Of a stretch of DNA of 64,000 bases, positions 40,098 through 52,000 are shown piece by piece. The position numbers and the translations under genes were made by a program. This DNA comes from Trypanosoma brucei (Eukaryota): the NCBI GenBank assembly GCA_000002445.1, contig CM000208.1, positions 3,104,001 through 3,168,000 of the forward strand, written 5' to 3'. Numbering within the stretch: the first letter of the stretch is position 1; each line of letters begins with the position of its first letter. The notes under the pieces are model-generated. The model worked only from the letters and a program-made list of their open reading frames with translations, did not search any database and was not told the DNA's origin.

Positions 40098-42884
40098 CTA
40101 TTCCAACGATAACCCTTCTTCAGATACCGCAACTTGATCAATAACGACAGGCATCACTGGTTTGTCGTCTCCGTTCCTCTCCACCTGCGACACGGAGAGC
40201 ACAACTGACTTTCCAGCGGTGACAAACCCAAAAACTGTGTGTTTTCCGTTTAGCCACGGTGTAGCTTCACCTAAAGTGATAAAAAATTGTGATTCGTTTG
40301 TATTCGGTCCGCGGTTTGCCATACACAGCCACTGCACCCTTGGGTAAGAAAAGAAATCCATTGCGTCAACGCCTTCGTCCTCGAATGGCTCACCGAACGA
40401 GCTCAGTCCCCCGGTGCCATCACCATGTGGACACCCACCCTGTATCATGAAACCCGGTACAACTCGATGGAAGGTGAGAGTGTTGTAGAACCCACGCCTT
40501 GACAGTGTGGAAAAATTGGTTACTGCTTTCGGGGCGAATTGAGGCATAAGGCGTACTGTTATTGTACCGAACGTACGGACAGATATGGTAGCACCAACAC
40601 AAATATCGGTCCACGACACAACCCGAGTTGAAGCGGCGGAGATAATACTTTGAACTCGCCGCTCCTCCACTTCACCGTCAAATCCACAGCTATTCTCGCT
40701 TGCTTTGCTATGTTCCACCTCCGAAGTTGTTCTTTCTTCCTCATCCCTCGGAGCCAAAACTTGGAGAGAGGACTGCAACTGCAGCAAATCATCACAGTCG
40801 AAATCCCGTTTCGCACGCAGCGTAGACAGGAGAAGTGCGCGCTGCCTCTCGTTTCCCGTGTCATCTTCTGTATTTTTATCTGTGTTGGGAATGCCAACAG
40901 CGCTTTGCATGACGAAATCGGTTAGGGAGATTTCGTATTTTGTGTACAGCAGAAGGGCATTTCCTCCCAGGGATGTTGTACAAATCGTCGGGTCATCAGC
41001 ATAAGAGTTATGCTCCTCCGTAAAGCCAGCCGAGGGCGTTGCACAGCTTGCCGCTTCAAAAAGTCGCTTAATGTCTTCCTTCGAAAGCGCACAACCAACC
41101 GGAGACTGTGCGACGAGGTTCTTCAGAGCTTGACTAGCGGGGACACACAACCTCAGTAACTTAAGGGGGGCAGCAAAACATCTAAATTCTCCACAGGCCA
41201 TCTGCGAAAAGGAATTTATGATCCCCATGGGCATGCTGTCACCACGAACATCAACTTCCGATTCTCCAATTGAACACGGAAGTTTCTCGATGTAGAAACT
41301 TGACTTCAGAGCCCCCGCTTCCTTCGCCGAAGGAGCTGCACGAAACGTCGCAATACGTCGACCACCCACACATTCCCTGGACGGCTCTGGCACCACAGTT
41401 ATTTCTGGGACAAAAATCCACACGCCACGGGGCGAGGAGTTAAAACTATCCTTGATAACTGCATTAAACACGAAACCTCGCAGGTTGCTTTTCGCCTCTT
41501 GTAGAGTACACAGCTCACCAAGTTGAGGACAAGGCACTTCACTCGTTTCACTGCTGCAAAGGCATACTCCGCTAGCAAACTCGAAGAGATGCAGGAGGAC
41601 GCAAACAGCGCCCCGACGCAGGGAAGCACTAGACACCGTGAAATAGTTTCCGGTTGGTGAAAAATCAACACTAAGTGGTATGATCACCTTCCCTGTTTTC
41701 GCGGCACATGTGACTTCACGCACCAAGGCAAAAAAACCCGTCTTTTGTCGTCTCTCGAATGTGATCCATTGCCTGACTTTCAGTGGATCTGCTGCACTGC
41801 GCGATGGGAAGCCCCCAACAACCCGGAGAGAAAGGATTGTTCTTCCTTCATCGTTCAGATGCTCAACAATTCGCGCGTAGTCCACGATTCCCTCCTCGTC
41901 AACAAGGACAATCAATCCACTCGGAAGATGCTGCTGGCAACAGACTATCAAATTTGCACAACTCAACGCCACAGTAGGAATGGGCTGGCCTTCCTTTGTG
42001 AAATCAGAGCCGCAGAGACGTGACGACTTCTCGACCCCGCACGGAATGAAGACAACACCGTTGGTATCATCGTCTCGTTTCGCGAAGAAGGCAATGTACG
42101 GTTGATAATCGTGATGAAACAAAAACGGTCGTGGGGTGAATGACTCTTTCCACGGTTGCGTAGCAGAAGGGTGGCACCGACGGGCGGCATTAAACTGAAG
42201 TGAAAACCGCCCTTCGAGCGCCATGAGTGGGCCATTCACACGAGATACCTCGACGTTTACACTGATATTCCCAGTATCATCAGCAGCATGCGGAGTGACG
42301 CAGACGAATAAAATACATGAGTTTACCGGGTCCGGCAGGACAAAGTGAAGGCCTGCATTAGTGACCTCCTCTGATTCCACGCTTTTGGGGAAAAACTTTC
42401 TGTACTCTCCCGTGAAGAAAACGCCACGGGGAAGCTTACGCCAAGCACGCACCACTCCTACTGCGTCAACGGTTACAATCAGCGCACCGTTATCATCTGC
42501 TAATGTGGCAATGTCCTGCACAGGACTTCCATGCCGGTAGCTTCGTTCATACAAGAAGGAGCAAGGGTATCCCTCCGCGCTCAGCATATCCATGGTGCTT
42601 TGCTGCTTCTTGCATTTGCTCACCCCTTCTTGTACATCATCGCTGGTATCAATAGGTTCATCATTTAGATCGCTGGGCCCCAGTGAACGAGGTCGTTTCC
42701 CACGCACACTCTCTTCTCCAGCACGCGTAGGTTCAGCGCTATCAGCTTCGGAGGTGTTCACAAGCAGCACAGGAATAGTCGGGAGGAAATCTTCCTCCTC
42801 GTCTTCGCTGTTTTCATTGCTCGACCGATGTGCCTGCATCTGCCACGTCCGTTTCGCTCTTTCTCTGTCCACCCACCGCCGCAC
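40098..42884 (-). CDS. Large protein (928 aa) with a C-terminal cyclophilin-type peptidyl-prolyl cis-trans isomerase domain (the last ~180 aa, about 40098-40640). The N-terminal ~740 aa are of unknown function.
   Basis: The C-terminus FHRVVPGFMIQGGCPHGDGTGGLSSFGEPFEDE...ANRGPNTNESQFFITLGEATPWLNGKHTVFGFV is a clear cyclophilin signature. The upstream region has no confirmed domain. It could be beta-propeller-like, by analogy with PPWD1-type architectures. Confidence 0.75.
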   Translation of the reverse strand: MRRWVDRERAKRTWQMQAHRSSNENSEDEEEDFLPTIPVLLVNTSEADSAEPTRAGEESVRGKRPRSLGPSDLNDEPIDTSDDVQEGVSKCKKQQSTMDMLSAEGYPCSFLYERSYRHGSPVQDIATLADDNGALIVTVDAVGVVRAWRKLPRGVFFTGEYRKFFPKSVESEEVTNAGLHFVLPDPVNSCILFVCVTPHAADDTGNISVNVEVSRVNGPLMALEGRFSLQFNAARRCHPSATQPWKESFTPRPFLFHHDYQPYIAFFAKRDDDTNGVVFIPCGVEKSSRLCGSDFTKEGQPIPTVALSCANLIVCCQQHLPSGLIVLVDEEGIVDYARIVEHLNDEGRTILSLRVVGGFPSRSAADPLKVRQWITFERRQKTGFFALVREVTCAAKTGKVIIPLSVDFSPTGNYFTVSSASLRRGAVCVLLHLFEFASGVCLCSSETSEVPCPQLGELCTLQEAKSNLRGFVFNAVIKDSFNSSPRGVWIFVPEITVVPEPSRECVGGRRIATFRAAPSAKEAGALKSSFYIEKLPCSIGESEVDVRGDSMPMGIINSFSQMACGEFRCFAAPLKLLRLCVPASQALKNLVAQSPVGCALSKEDIKRLFEAASCATPSAGFTEEHNSYADDPTICTTSLGGNALLLYTKYEISLTDFVMQSAVGIPNTDKNTEDDTGNERQRALLLSTLRAKRDFDCDDLLQLQSSLQVLAPRDEEERTTSEVEHSKASENSCGFDGEVEERRVQSIISAASTRVVSWTDICVGATISVRTFGTITVRLMPQFAPKAVTNFSTLSRRGFYNTLTFHRVVPGFMIQGGCPHGDGTGGLSSFGEPFEDEGVDAMDFFSYPRVQWLCMANRGPNTNESQFFITLGEATPWLNGKHTVFGFVTAGKSVVLSVSQVERNGDDKPVMPVVIDQVAVSEEGLSLE

Positions 42885-44025
42885 CCCGCTTTTATCCTCA
42901 CGGTGGCAGAGCGGCCCAACTACTAGTCTTCGTCAAAGAAAAGAATGGAGAAAGTCCTTGCATTCTGTGCCATACGAGAAGCAATCTCGAATATGTCACC
43001 CCGCTACGGGTGATACATCAGCTAGTACGCACATTTTTGAGACCCCAGGGAACGTAAAAAGTTCGACGCAGTACAAGGCGAAATGACAGCGGTGGGATGC
43101 AACTGAAAACACGTCCGACTACTCCAGAAGTGGAAAACGGAGAATGGAACATGACCCAATAGCAGCAGAAAAGGAGTTTGGGACACAGTCCTACAATGGG
43201 ACAAAAAGAATTGCAGAAAGGAAGGGAATAGCCAGCCTAGAAGGGGGTGACGAACGAAAACTTTTCAGATGCAACCCTCGCTGCCCTCGTATTCGTTATT
43301 TTCCCTTCACCAAAAAGGAGGTACACATCACAGAGAGGATTGCTGCACCATCTTTCCATCAAAACCCCAACCAACGAAAAAAAAGTTTGCGGTATTTACC
43401 TTCCATAGTTTCAAACACGTTCGCACCAGAGTCCACACTTGTTAGGTTCGCCAATAATGTACACTGTACCTACCACCTTTTTTTAAATCTCATGAACATT
43501 TCCCCAAATATACCAGCGTATGCTTCTGTTCGTTTTTATATTGGCTACGCTATGTAACCAAATGCGGATAAGGTAACAATATTCACCTTCTTTCCCTCGC
43601 CACTCTACAGCAACACGACGGTTACCACGTTAATGTGTGATGCTGAAAACCTTTCGTGTTGGTAATTGAAGCCACCACTGGTAGGCACCTAACCCCCGTA
43701 AGAGAAAACACCCGAAAGAGGAACAATATTTATTTCCTTCAAACAACTCAGAACTCACTAGCGAAAGCCGCTCGACGGCAAACAAGATAAAAAAGGTAGA
43801 AAAAGGTGTTTCCATTCAGGCTGGGATAGTAGATGAGATGACGTGTCGGCACCGAAATGAACTTTAGCTCATCGTGTTGCTGCCCGACAACTGAATCACG
43901 CACGACCTATCCTCTTAGCAGGTCCTTATTCTCCCTCCGCTTGTGTTTCCATATGTACTTTCTGTTACACCTATTTTACGTGAACGCTTTCACCCAGTCA
44001 AAGGAGTATCCAAATGCCTCCATCC

Positions 44026-45414
44026 TCAGAGAGAAATTACGTCGACTGTTTGCACAAACCATGTAGTGTAATGTGCAAATTTTCCCAATCGTGGCTTGTA
44101 AATACACCACGAGAGGAAACTCAAAATCCAGCGGCTAAAATTAGAGTGAGGCGCCCAATTGGGCCTTTCGCTAACTGTACGTAGTCTTCGCACGTCCATG
44201 CCTGACGCAAGCCCGGAAACACTGTATGACAGAGATACTGCGACGCCGCGCGCCACTGCTCCCTGACGTGAGGTACGGATGGCGTCGACTCGTTGACGCT
44301 GGGTAACTTTCTTTCTTGACCGCTCTGCTCGCTTCATGGCTTTCTTACTCACTTTTTGGGCTCGGTTTGAGGTGACCATTTCACTGCTGCCCTCAGGACT
44401 GTCCTTCAATTCATCAAACCCCTCCTCCACGTTTTCCCCGTCCATGTCTGAGTTTGTAGACGCATCGCTATTGTCTCCACCCTCCTGTTCTTCAAAAATG
44501 AGCATGAAATGTGTGCAAGCGGAAGGTGTGTATTCAGGGAGATCACTTCCCAGTGCGCCCACAAGTGTCTCTTGCATTGCACCATGCGGATACGATCCAG
44601 GTTTTGTGATGCTTGCCTCATCTGCTGCAGTTGGGATCTCACGACTCGCCCCCCGAGGATCAAAGAGGGGAATGTCCCACGCCCAACAGTGTGACGCTTC
44701 CTTACTCAACCGAGTAACGCTGCCCACGCCACCATGGTCAACTAAAACCAGCTGACAGCGGCGGTTTGGAAGTTCGATACGGATGCTAACAGCATGTACT
44801 GTGTCGCGGACTATCAGATCAAAATGCAGACGCTTACGCCCTGGCGTTTCATCAGTCTGCAAGTAGCAGTCTCGTATGGTGGCGCTAGGGGAGAGACCAG
44901 GTCTCACTTTGCCTTCATACCGCAGAACAGACTCATCGCTTACGCAAGGAGGTGTGAAGCACACATTCCCACACGACAATAGTTCCCAGTAATCAACCAT
45001 ACCGTGCACATTATCGACTACGATATCTGGTAGCCCATCCCGTCTTTTACTTCCCGACGAGGGAACGACGTTACAATAAGTTCCTACATCATTTATATGC
45101 AACACGCGATGTCGAGAAGGAACGTGTGAAGAAAGGGAGAGCGTACCACCCTTTATGTTGGCGGAGAGCTTCATGCTAAGACGGTAGCTACGCATTAAGT
45201 ATGTCTCGCACAAAATCTCCCCTTTAAGTGCGACCTGATCACCAATCTCTTGCCGGCATTGCCCATCGGACATGTGAACTACCTCGCTGATGCTTAGTGT
45301 GATCTCATTTTTGAAAAAAGAAAGTACACCACGATAGGCCACATATCCAATCGCTGCAGCAACTACGACCTTGGCTACGGAGCGAGAGCTCATCATTACC
45401 CAACTGTGCTTCAC
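44026..45414 (-). CDS. Hypothetical protein (462 aa) with an N-terminal hydrophobic signal/anchor and an acidic C-terminal region.
   Basis: ATG ORF in the PTU orientation. N-terminal hydrophobic stretch AKVVVAAAIGYVAYRGVLSFF. The C-terminal part is rich in D/E/S (EEQEGGDNSDASTNSDMDGENVEEGFDELKDSPEGSSE) and ends in a basic tail. Confidence 0.5.
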   Translation of the reverse strand: MKHSWVMMSSRSVAKVVVAAAIGYVAYRGVLSFFKNEITLSISEVVHMSDGQCRQEIGDQVALKGEILCETYLMRSYRLSMKLSANIKGGTLSLSSHVPSRHRVLHINDVGTYCNVVPSSGSKRRDGLPDIVVDNVHGMVDYWELLSCGNVCFTPPCVSDESVLRYEGKVRPGLSPSATIRDCYLQTDETPGRKRLHFDLIVRDTVHAVSIRIELPNRRCQLVLVDHGGVGSVTRLSKEASHCWAWDIPLFDPRGASREIPTAADEASITKPGSYPHGAMQETLVGALGSDLPEYTPSACTHFMLIFEEQEGGDNSDASTNSDMDGENVEEGFDELKDSPEGSSEMVTSNRAQKVSKKAMKRAERSRKKVTQRQRVDAIRTSRQGAVARGVAVSLSYSVSGLASGMDVRRLRTVSERPNWAPHSNFSRWILSFLSWCIYKPRLGKFAHYTTWFVQTVDVISL

Positions 45415-45981
45415 TTTCCGGTTAAGAAGAGAAGAGATGTCAACAGTTTAGATTATAAGTTGGGAAGCGTAGAGAGATGGAATGAACTTACAATCACAGC
45501 AATATACATGAAGTGCAGGAAGCTATCAGTGTGGTGCGGGGAGTAAAAGGGTGCCAAGCATGAAATGCCAGTAACATAAAACTGCACATACTATATTCCC
45601 GCGAAGATGAAGGGGATGAGTTCAAACCAACATAAAAAAAACACCCCTTCAGGGAAAGGCCGAAGAATGGAAATGTAAGCCGAAGGTAGCAGGTGACAGC
45701 ACAAACCCTGGCCCATGCAGCATGACAGCTTCCACAAGCATTCGGCGATCTGCGCGTAGCACACAAGGATAAATCTGTCATCTCTCACTAGACGAAAGAG
45801 GTGATGACCGCGAGGCCCCGGTAGATAACTGTAGTAGTACTTCTAAATCGAATTGCATAATATTTCCATTGTTCGGGTGTACTATAACTCTCATGGGAAG
45901 CGAAAAGCCGAAACCAAAAATGACCTCTGCAAAGTGGGAGAGGAATGGTAAAGTCATTTTTTTTAAAAAAAGAGAAACAAC

Positions 45982-47841
45982 TCACATCTTTGACGTGTAG
46001 TTGTGATACATTCTACTTTCTGAGGAAGTGGGTGCTCTGTTGAATACTTCCCGTAACTTTTCCCAGTACACCTGTGCGATTGTTGACACGGCGCCTCCGT
46101 AGCCCCTTGAAGTTATTTCCTGCAACATAGATGATGTGTGTCCTGTCAACGTCGTCACAAAATTCCGGAGATCTCTATTGAGCACAATGAAAGGAAATCC
46201 CTCACACTGTTCATTTGCCATACACCATACATGCGAAAGAAGTTCCCCCAACTTTGGCTGTAGAGGTCTACACCGGTTGCGGATGAAACTATCGATCACT
46301 TCGGTGGCCAACATATTTGTCCTGCATTCCACATTGATCCAAGGCTGATGCCGGCCGAGGAAGTTCATTGCTGCATTCGACAGCTTCTCCCCAACCACTT
46401 GCTTACTATTCTCAACGATTTCACTCACGTGGCTCCCAATAAGGGATTTGCTCTGCTCATTGCTTGCTCCGTTAAGAATAAGTGCAGCAACCTCCTGGCA
46501 CTCTTTTGAAACACCGCTGATCAAAACGTTTGACCTCGACACCTGTGCCGGCATTGAATCGATTCCACCTTTGGCACTATAATACGAACCTTGGCGGGAC
46601 CACCGCGAGGGAATTTGGGCGTCAGCTCTGCCAGTGGACGACGGCACTGCCTCTTGCAACGGGATAACATCATCGCACAGTGGGTTAGCACACACCACGT
46701 AGGCATATGCAGCAACAAAAAGCTCTGCAACAGAAACAACAGAGCAAGGATGTGTGGCGTAGTAGTGCCGGGCAAACCTCTCATAACGTGCCAACCCCGT
46801 ATTCATTCGTTTCAACAACTTATTGCGACCCTTCGACCTCCTTGACGAACCGAGAGGAAGTTTCACACGGTCCTTTTGATATCGTTGGAGCAAAGGATTC
46901 CCTCTCTCCAACACATCGACATACCCATCTTCCTCGCATTCACCTCTTATGAACCTGAGTAGCGGCTCCCTGAGCTCCGATAGTACAAACTGCATATACT
47001 CCAACCACATGCTTTTTTGCGCAGCGCGAGTTCCGAGCGGCGTTCCGGAGCCGGTTCCCGGTAGCACACCAAACCAGTGCTCACTATTTGGCAGGTACAA
47101 TTCAACACAGAGAGAGAAGGCTGCCAGAGGTTCGGCAACTACTGTGTTGGTCTCCACAGACTTCACATAAAAGGGATACCTGTCGCGTAGAGTGTGGTTG
47201 GCTGAAATGGGTTGAAGCTCCGCTTCGCACGGGATACAATACGCGCGGCACAACCACAGAAAGGCAATCGCTGCCGGGTCGTCGTAGCAGCCACGCAGGT
47301 AGAAACCATTCTTCGGCGTGATCGATTTCATCGAGGTTTTCTTACTTGCTGCCTCTACAACGGCAGCCCTGGCGTTTGCTGTGCGAAGCACAGCATCCAT
47401 TACAGGAAGCATCGAGGGTGCGGGATAAAGTTTAAGCAAGTAAAAGAACTCCGAACAAAAGGTTTCAGCGGCAACCTGGAGAGATATTGTCCCACGCAAA
47501 CCAACCCACGTTTTGTAGTAAAGACATTTTGTGAATTCATACCACCGCGGCTTTGTCAGCGGCACAATCTGACCGTCAACAGACATGGTCAGAGCATTAG
47601 GAGCCCGACCCACTTGGTTCTCTCCCATACTGCTCTGTTGTGCAGATCCTTCAATGCATTCATCAGGGGCGTCACCAAACAGCGCCTGGTTCCGCAGCGC
47701 CCAGAGGTGGGCTCTTTGAGAAACAGTCATTAGGGGATAAACATCGCGGCAAAATACCTTTCCCACCATGACCTTGGCAATTTCCAAGACAAGCACATTT
47801 AAGCACTCGTTAGATGAGTTGGGGAGGGATGGCGCCTTCAT
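45982..47841 (-). CDS. Hypothetical protein (619 aa), with no recognised domain.
   Basis: Long ATG ORF in the PTU orientation with globular-looking composition. It fills the gap between its neighbours. Confidence 0.55.
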   Translation of the reverse strand: MKAPSLPNSSNECLNVLVLEIAKVMVGKVFCRDVYPLMTVSQRAHLWALRNQALFGDAPDECIEGSAQQSSMGENQVGRAPNALTMSVDGQIVPLTKPRWYEFTKCLYYKTWVGLRGTISLQVAAETFCSEFFYLLKLYPAPSMLPVMDAVLRTANARAAVVEAASKKTSMKSITPKNGFYLRGCYDDPAAIAFLWLCRAYCIPCEAELQPISANHTLRDRYPFYVKSVETNTVVAEPLAAFSLCVELYLPNSEHWFGVLPGTGSGTPLGTRAAQKSMWLEYMQFVLSELREPLLRFIRGECEEDGYVDVLERGNPLLQRYQKDRVKLPLGSSRRSKGRNKLLKRMNTGLARYERFARHYYATHPCSVVSVAELFVAAYAYVVCANPLCDDVIPLQEAVPSSTGRADAQIPSRWSRQGSYYSAKGGIDSMPAQVSRSNVLISGVSKECQEVAALILNGASNEQSKSLIGSHVSEIVENSKQVVGEKLSNAAMNFLGRHQPWINVECRTNMLATEVIDSFIRNRCRPLQPKLGELLSHVWCMANEQCEGFPFIVLNRDLRNFVTTLTGHTSSMLQEITSRGYGGAVSTIAQVYWEKLREVFNRAPTSSESRMYHNYTSKM

Positions 47842-49013
47842 TCATATGATTGTCTAAAACTTTTACGGAGTACACTGGAAATATTACAGAATGCAAATGA
47901 AAATATAAAGGAAAGCGGGAGGAAGCAAAAAAAAAAAACGGGCAGGGCAAACTATTGTTTTATCATTGCTCTTGACAGGAAGTACCATGGACCAAATAGC
48001 CGTACCAACACCATACAAACATGGGGAAGTGGAAATAGAGCACATTCGTCTACACGTGCGCTCTTTCAGTGCCTTTACTTGCTGAAAAACACCCTACAAG
48101 AACAAAAAAGGGAGGATTACGTCTGCATTTAGTCAGAAACGACTAGCTTTGCGATACATAACTTCGTGTTCGACAGATGAGACGAGAATTGGTGGAGAGA
48201 GGTTTGTTACACTTTCATAAGGGGGAGTCCGTCGAAATACGAGTAGATAACACCCACATACAACATAAATAAATAAATATATATATGTTAGCCTCCTCCG
48301 CAAACATACGTACGAACACTTCGTTTGCAGTGCTGTTGCCGCGTCCGCCTCAATTGCTGGAACCAAAAAGAAACAAAAAAATGTGAAAGTACCCAAATAT
48401 AAGGAGGAAAAAAGATTGAAAGCGGATATAGCAAAAGGGAAACAGAGAATAGTCAGTTTCATAATCGAATACGCACACTTTCCTATTTTCATTTTCTCTT
48501 TTGTTTTTCCCCCAACTGTTCACTAATTCTTTTTTGTGTGTGTGATGGTGACGTATAAAACACAGGTATACCTGCTTAGCCTCCTCGTAAGTGGGGAGGG
48601 GGAAAGTCGAAACGAGTAATGGAGAAATGAAAAAAAGCAAGAAATCAACATATAATGTCACCGCTAAGGTAATAGAAAAAGAGAAGGCGGAAAGGGTACG
48701 CCGCTCAGCGGATGCAGCTAGAAAAATAAAAATATGGAACCCACTATATTTCAGACCCGCATTGCTTTATTCGCAAATCAAATGCCATCGTTGGAACATG
48801 AAACAGAACTGTTTGACACGTGTTCAATCGCTTGCTTTGCAAACAAGAAGAAAAAACTAAGTGCAAGCGTCACTTGTAAACGGTAAGTGGTGATCCGCCA
48901 TATTACGAATGGAAAAGGCCATGACCTCTCCAACAACACGTGTTAACTTCTGTGTAGAAAAGTTTGTCTTATACAACGCATTCCTACACTTAAGTCCGAA
49001 TATCGAACGGTCA

Positions 49014-52000
49014 TCAAGCCCCAAGATTTATCTGATCACCTGTTACGAAGAACCCACCGTACTCATCACCTGAAAACATGTACACGCCGCCCCTCATGGT
49101 GTCCCACATGAGTGCCACACTATTCACGACCCCGCAGCGAAATCGTGTTGAACCAGAGGCGGCAGTCGGTAGGGGAACGCTACTATCATCACCGTCTAAC
49201 ACAGACGACCTCGTTTCAGTTCCACGCTTTGTTATTATTCGCCGTAGTGACTGGAGAGAGACAAACTCGAATGGGGTATCACCAGAGAATAAAGTAGCAC
49301 TTTCCTTCACATCTTTAGATCCGCAGCGAGCATTTGACGTTGAGTTTTCAACACCGTCATCTTTTAGTGCTGACAGCAACTGACCCAAAAAGGAGGGACA
49401 TGGATTGAGGCATGAGGCACCGCTCAACGAATTAGGCGCCTCTCCCGGAGTACGCGCGGAGAAACTTAGTCGGCTACTATTTTTCACTCCTTTGGCACTC
49501 AAATTCCCACCACTGGCTGTAAGTTGGCAATCGCGAAAGGGGAAGGGAAACGGAACAACGCTTAGCATATCCACTGTACTCTGTAAAACTGTACTCACAC
49601 CGTACCTTTCCACAAGATCCGACATCAGAGATTGGTGCTGGATGATTCTGGAATGCTCACTTTGTTGGGAAGAAAAATCACTAAAAGTGGTGCCGCTCCC
49701 CATGTCACTTTCCTTACTTGAGTCGTCACTTTCCGTCATATCTATCTTCGGAAATGGGCTCTGCATCCTGTCAGAGTCGGCAAGGGCTGCATACGAACAT
49801 CTCGCTCGCTTAGTGGGTGTACGCCTTCCAGCAGCCGGGGTCACATCATCCGGATGATCATCTTCTCTTAGGTTTACGTCCTTCACTCGAGCTCCTGTGA
49901 GGGCGTTGAACACGTGCACTTTGCTATGAAGACCTCCAACAGCCACGAGCACAACTGATTCACTTCGGTCAGCATCACATCTTCCCACTACACCTTCGTC
50001 TTGTTCGACCCCGTGGTACGGTGAAGGGTATGAGGAGATGCCGTGACCGTCAAGTGCACAAAATACGTTTGTAGGGTTAGCAGCCTCAACAGAAAAGAGC
50101 ATCCCTGAGCTCCTCCTCCGTTGTTGCGGCCACTTTGGCACGACAGCAACAGAGCATGGCAACAGATAAATAGGGGCCCTCTTCGCCTTCGGGTGAGTGG
50201 TGGCCACTCCATTCTGTGTTAAAGGAAAGTGAGGTTGCGTGGGGCAAACGGGAATTACTCGTACGACACTTCCGCTCGCCACGTCAAATACAAGGCAAAC
50301 GTACGCCCCAGGGTTATACTCAAGTGGTTGCTCGTGCGAAGGCAAAGATCGATTCGGCCCAACAGAGGCCATGATGCAGAGGTACCGGCCATTCTCGGCG
50401 GTAGGCTCAATGACAGGGCTCCCACCATCCGCAGAACATCTGCAAAACCCACATTGAAATTGCCCCCTCCCCGCCGTTTCACCGAGGGACTCTGTCGATT
50501 TTCCCATACCCGTGCTGTGTCCACTGGTGGCTGTAGCGCCGTCGTTTCTCGAGTTATTCCGCCGCAATGAGTCATCACTATAATACCTGCACGACGGAGA
50601 TCGAAACAGTGCGCTTTTGGATGAATGGCAACACCGACACTGTGTTGGTTTCACGTTGCTTACTTCACATTCACCCCACACTGGACAACCAGATGCAGTC
50701 ATCGAAAGGAGATGATAGGGCTCGGGTGGAGCTGCATACCGAGAGTCTTTCGGAGATGGCCGTACGCGAGCAGCGTGACACAGGGCGTGTGGTACCTCAA
50801 CGAACACCAAACGTGAGCCCGTCCGGTAGAAGATTACATCCTCATCAGTTGACTGATAATCCTGTTTTGCTATCTTGTCGCATTTCCTCAATGAAGCACG
50901 ACCAACACCCTCGCGATGGCGGTGTTTCAACTGAAGTGAAGCAATGGGATTAGCATACTGATTAGCGTGCGGGCGGCTACGCGAATAGGAGGGACGTTGA
51001 CGCTGATTACTTCTCACTCCATTTCCTTCCACTTCCGAATCGCATGAACGACGCAGGATAAAATCATCACTCGGTGCGGAGTGTGTGCTATCATGTTGCA
51101 GGACGTCGCGGAGGATGCGCCTGCCTATGCGACTACTGACTCTCGTCTCCACCCCTGCAGGAACTCCCTCGTCACTTACCGCCCTGGACATGCGCGTGAG
51201 CAGAGGTTCATGTTCATCACTCTCGCGCGCTACGCAGCGCCGATCAAATTGAATAGTTTGCGATCCTGCATAAAAAAATTCTGGCACTTCTGAGTCGCTG
51301 GAATGTGTTGTGATTTCAGACAAGGGACTCCCAGGGGTGTCCCCATATCTGTCATTAGATGAACGCTTCACACTCAGCGAAGCAGGGAGCCCACGCTGTC
51401 CCACTTCAATGACGCCCTCTGCAGGATTTGTTATGTTGTTCTCGTTCCATGCATCATACATCGATAATTGTCCGTAGTGACTGATCGTATAAAACGCCTG
51501 TTTTAGCGGCGAAAATAGAATGTCTTGGACGGGGAACGTTGCAATGCTCTGTATAACTGACCCGTTTACAGGGTTCCAGCGGATGATGGTGTTATCACAA
51601 CCACAGGAGAGGCACTGCAAAAACGATAGATGGAAGTGAGCAGCGCGTCGCCATGTAGAGGTATTCGAATCAGATGGTGACGTTTGTACCATCCTCTCTC
51701 CTTGCCAGAAACGGGGGTCCACCCACCGCGCGACAGTCACTGGTGTCCTGTGCACCTTAAACGTGCCATAAAGTCTGTCGGCACTGTCTTGACTGTCAGC
51801 GCTTGTTGCGCTAAGTGACGCCGTTACATCATTCGAACGACAGTCATCGTTACAATGTAGAGAATAAATTAAAACTTTCCCCACGTCCTCGTCCTCCTCT
51901 TGATTCACCTGCTCTTGCTCCGACCCCGATGACGAAACGTGTTGCACTGAGCATAGCAGAAAACGTCCACACGGAGAGAATGATAAAAGCAAAGCCAATT

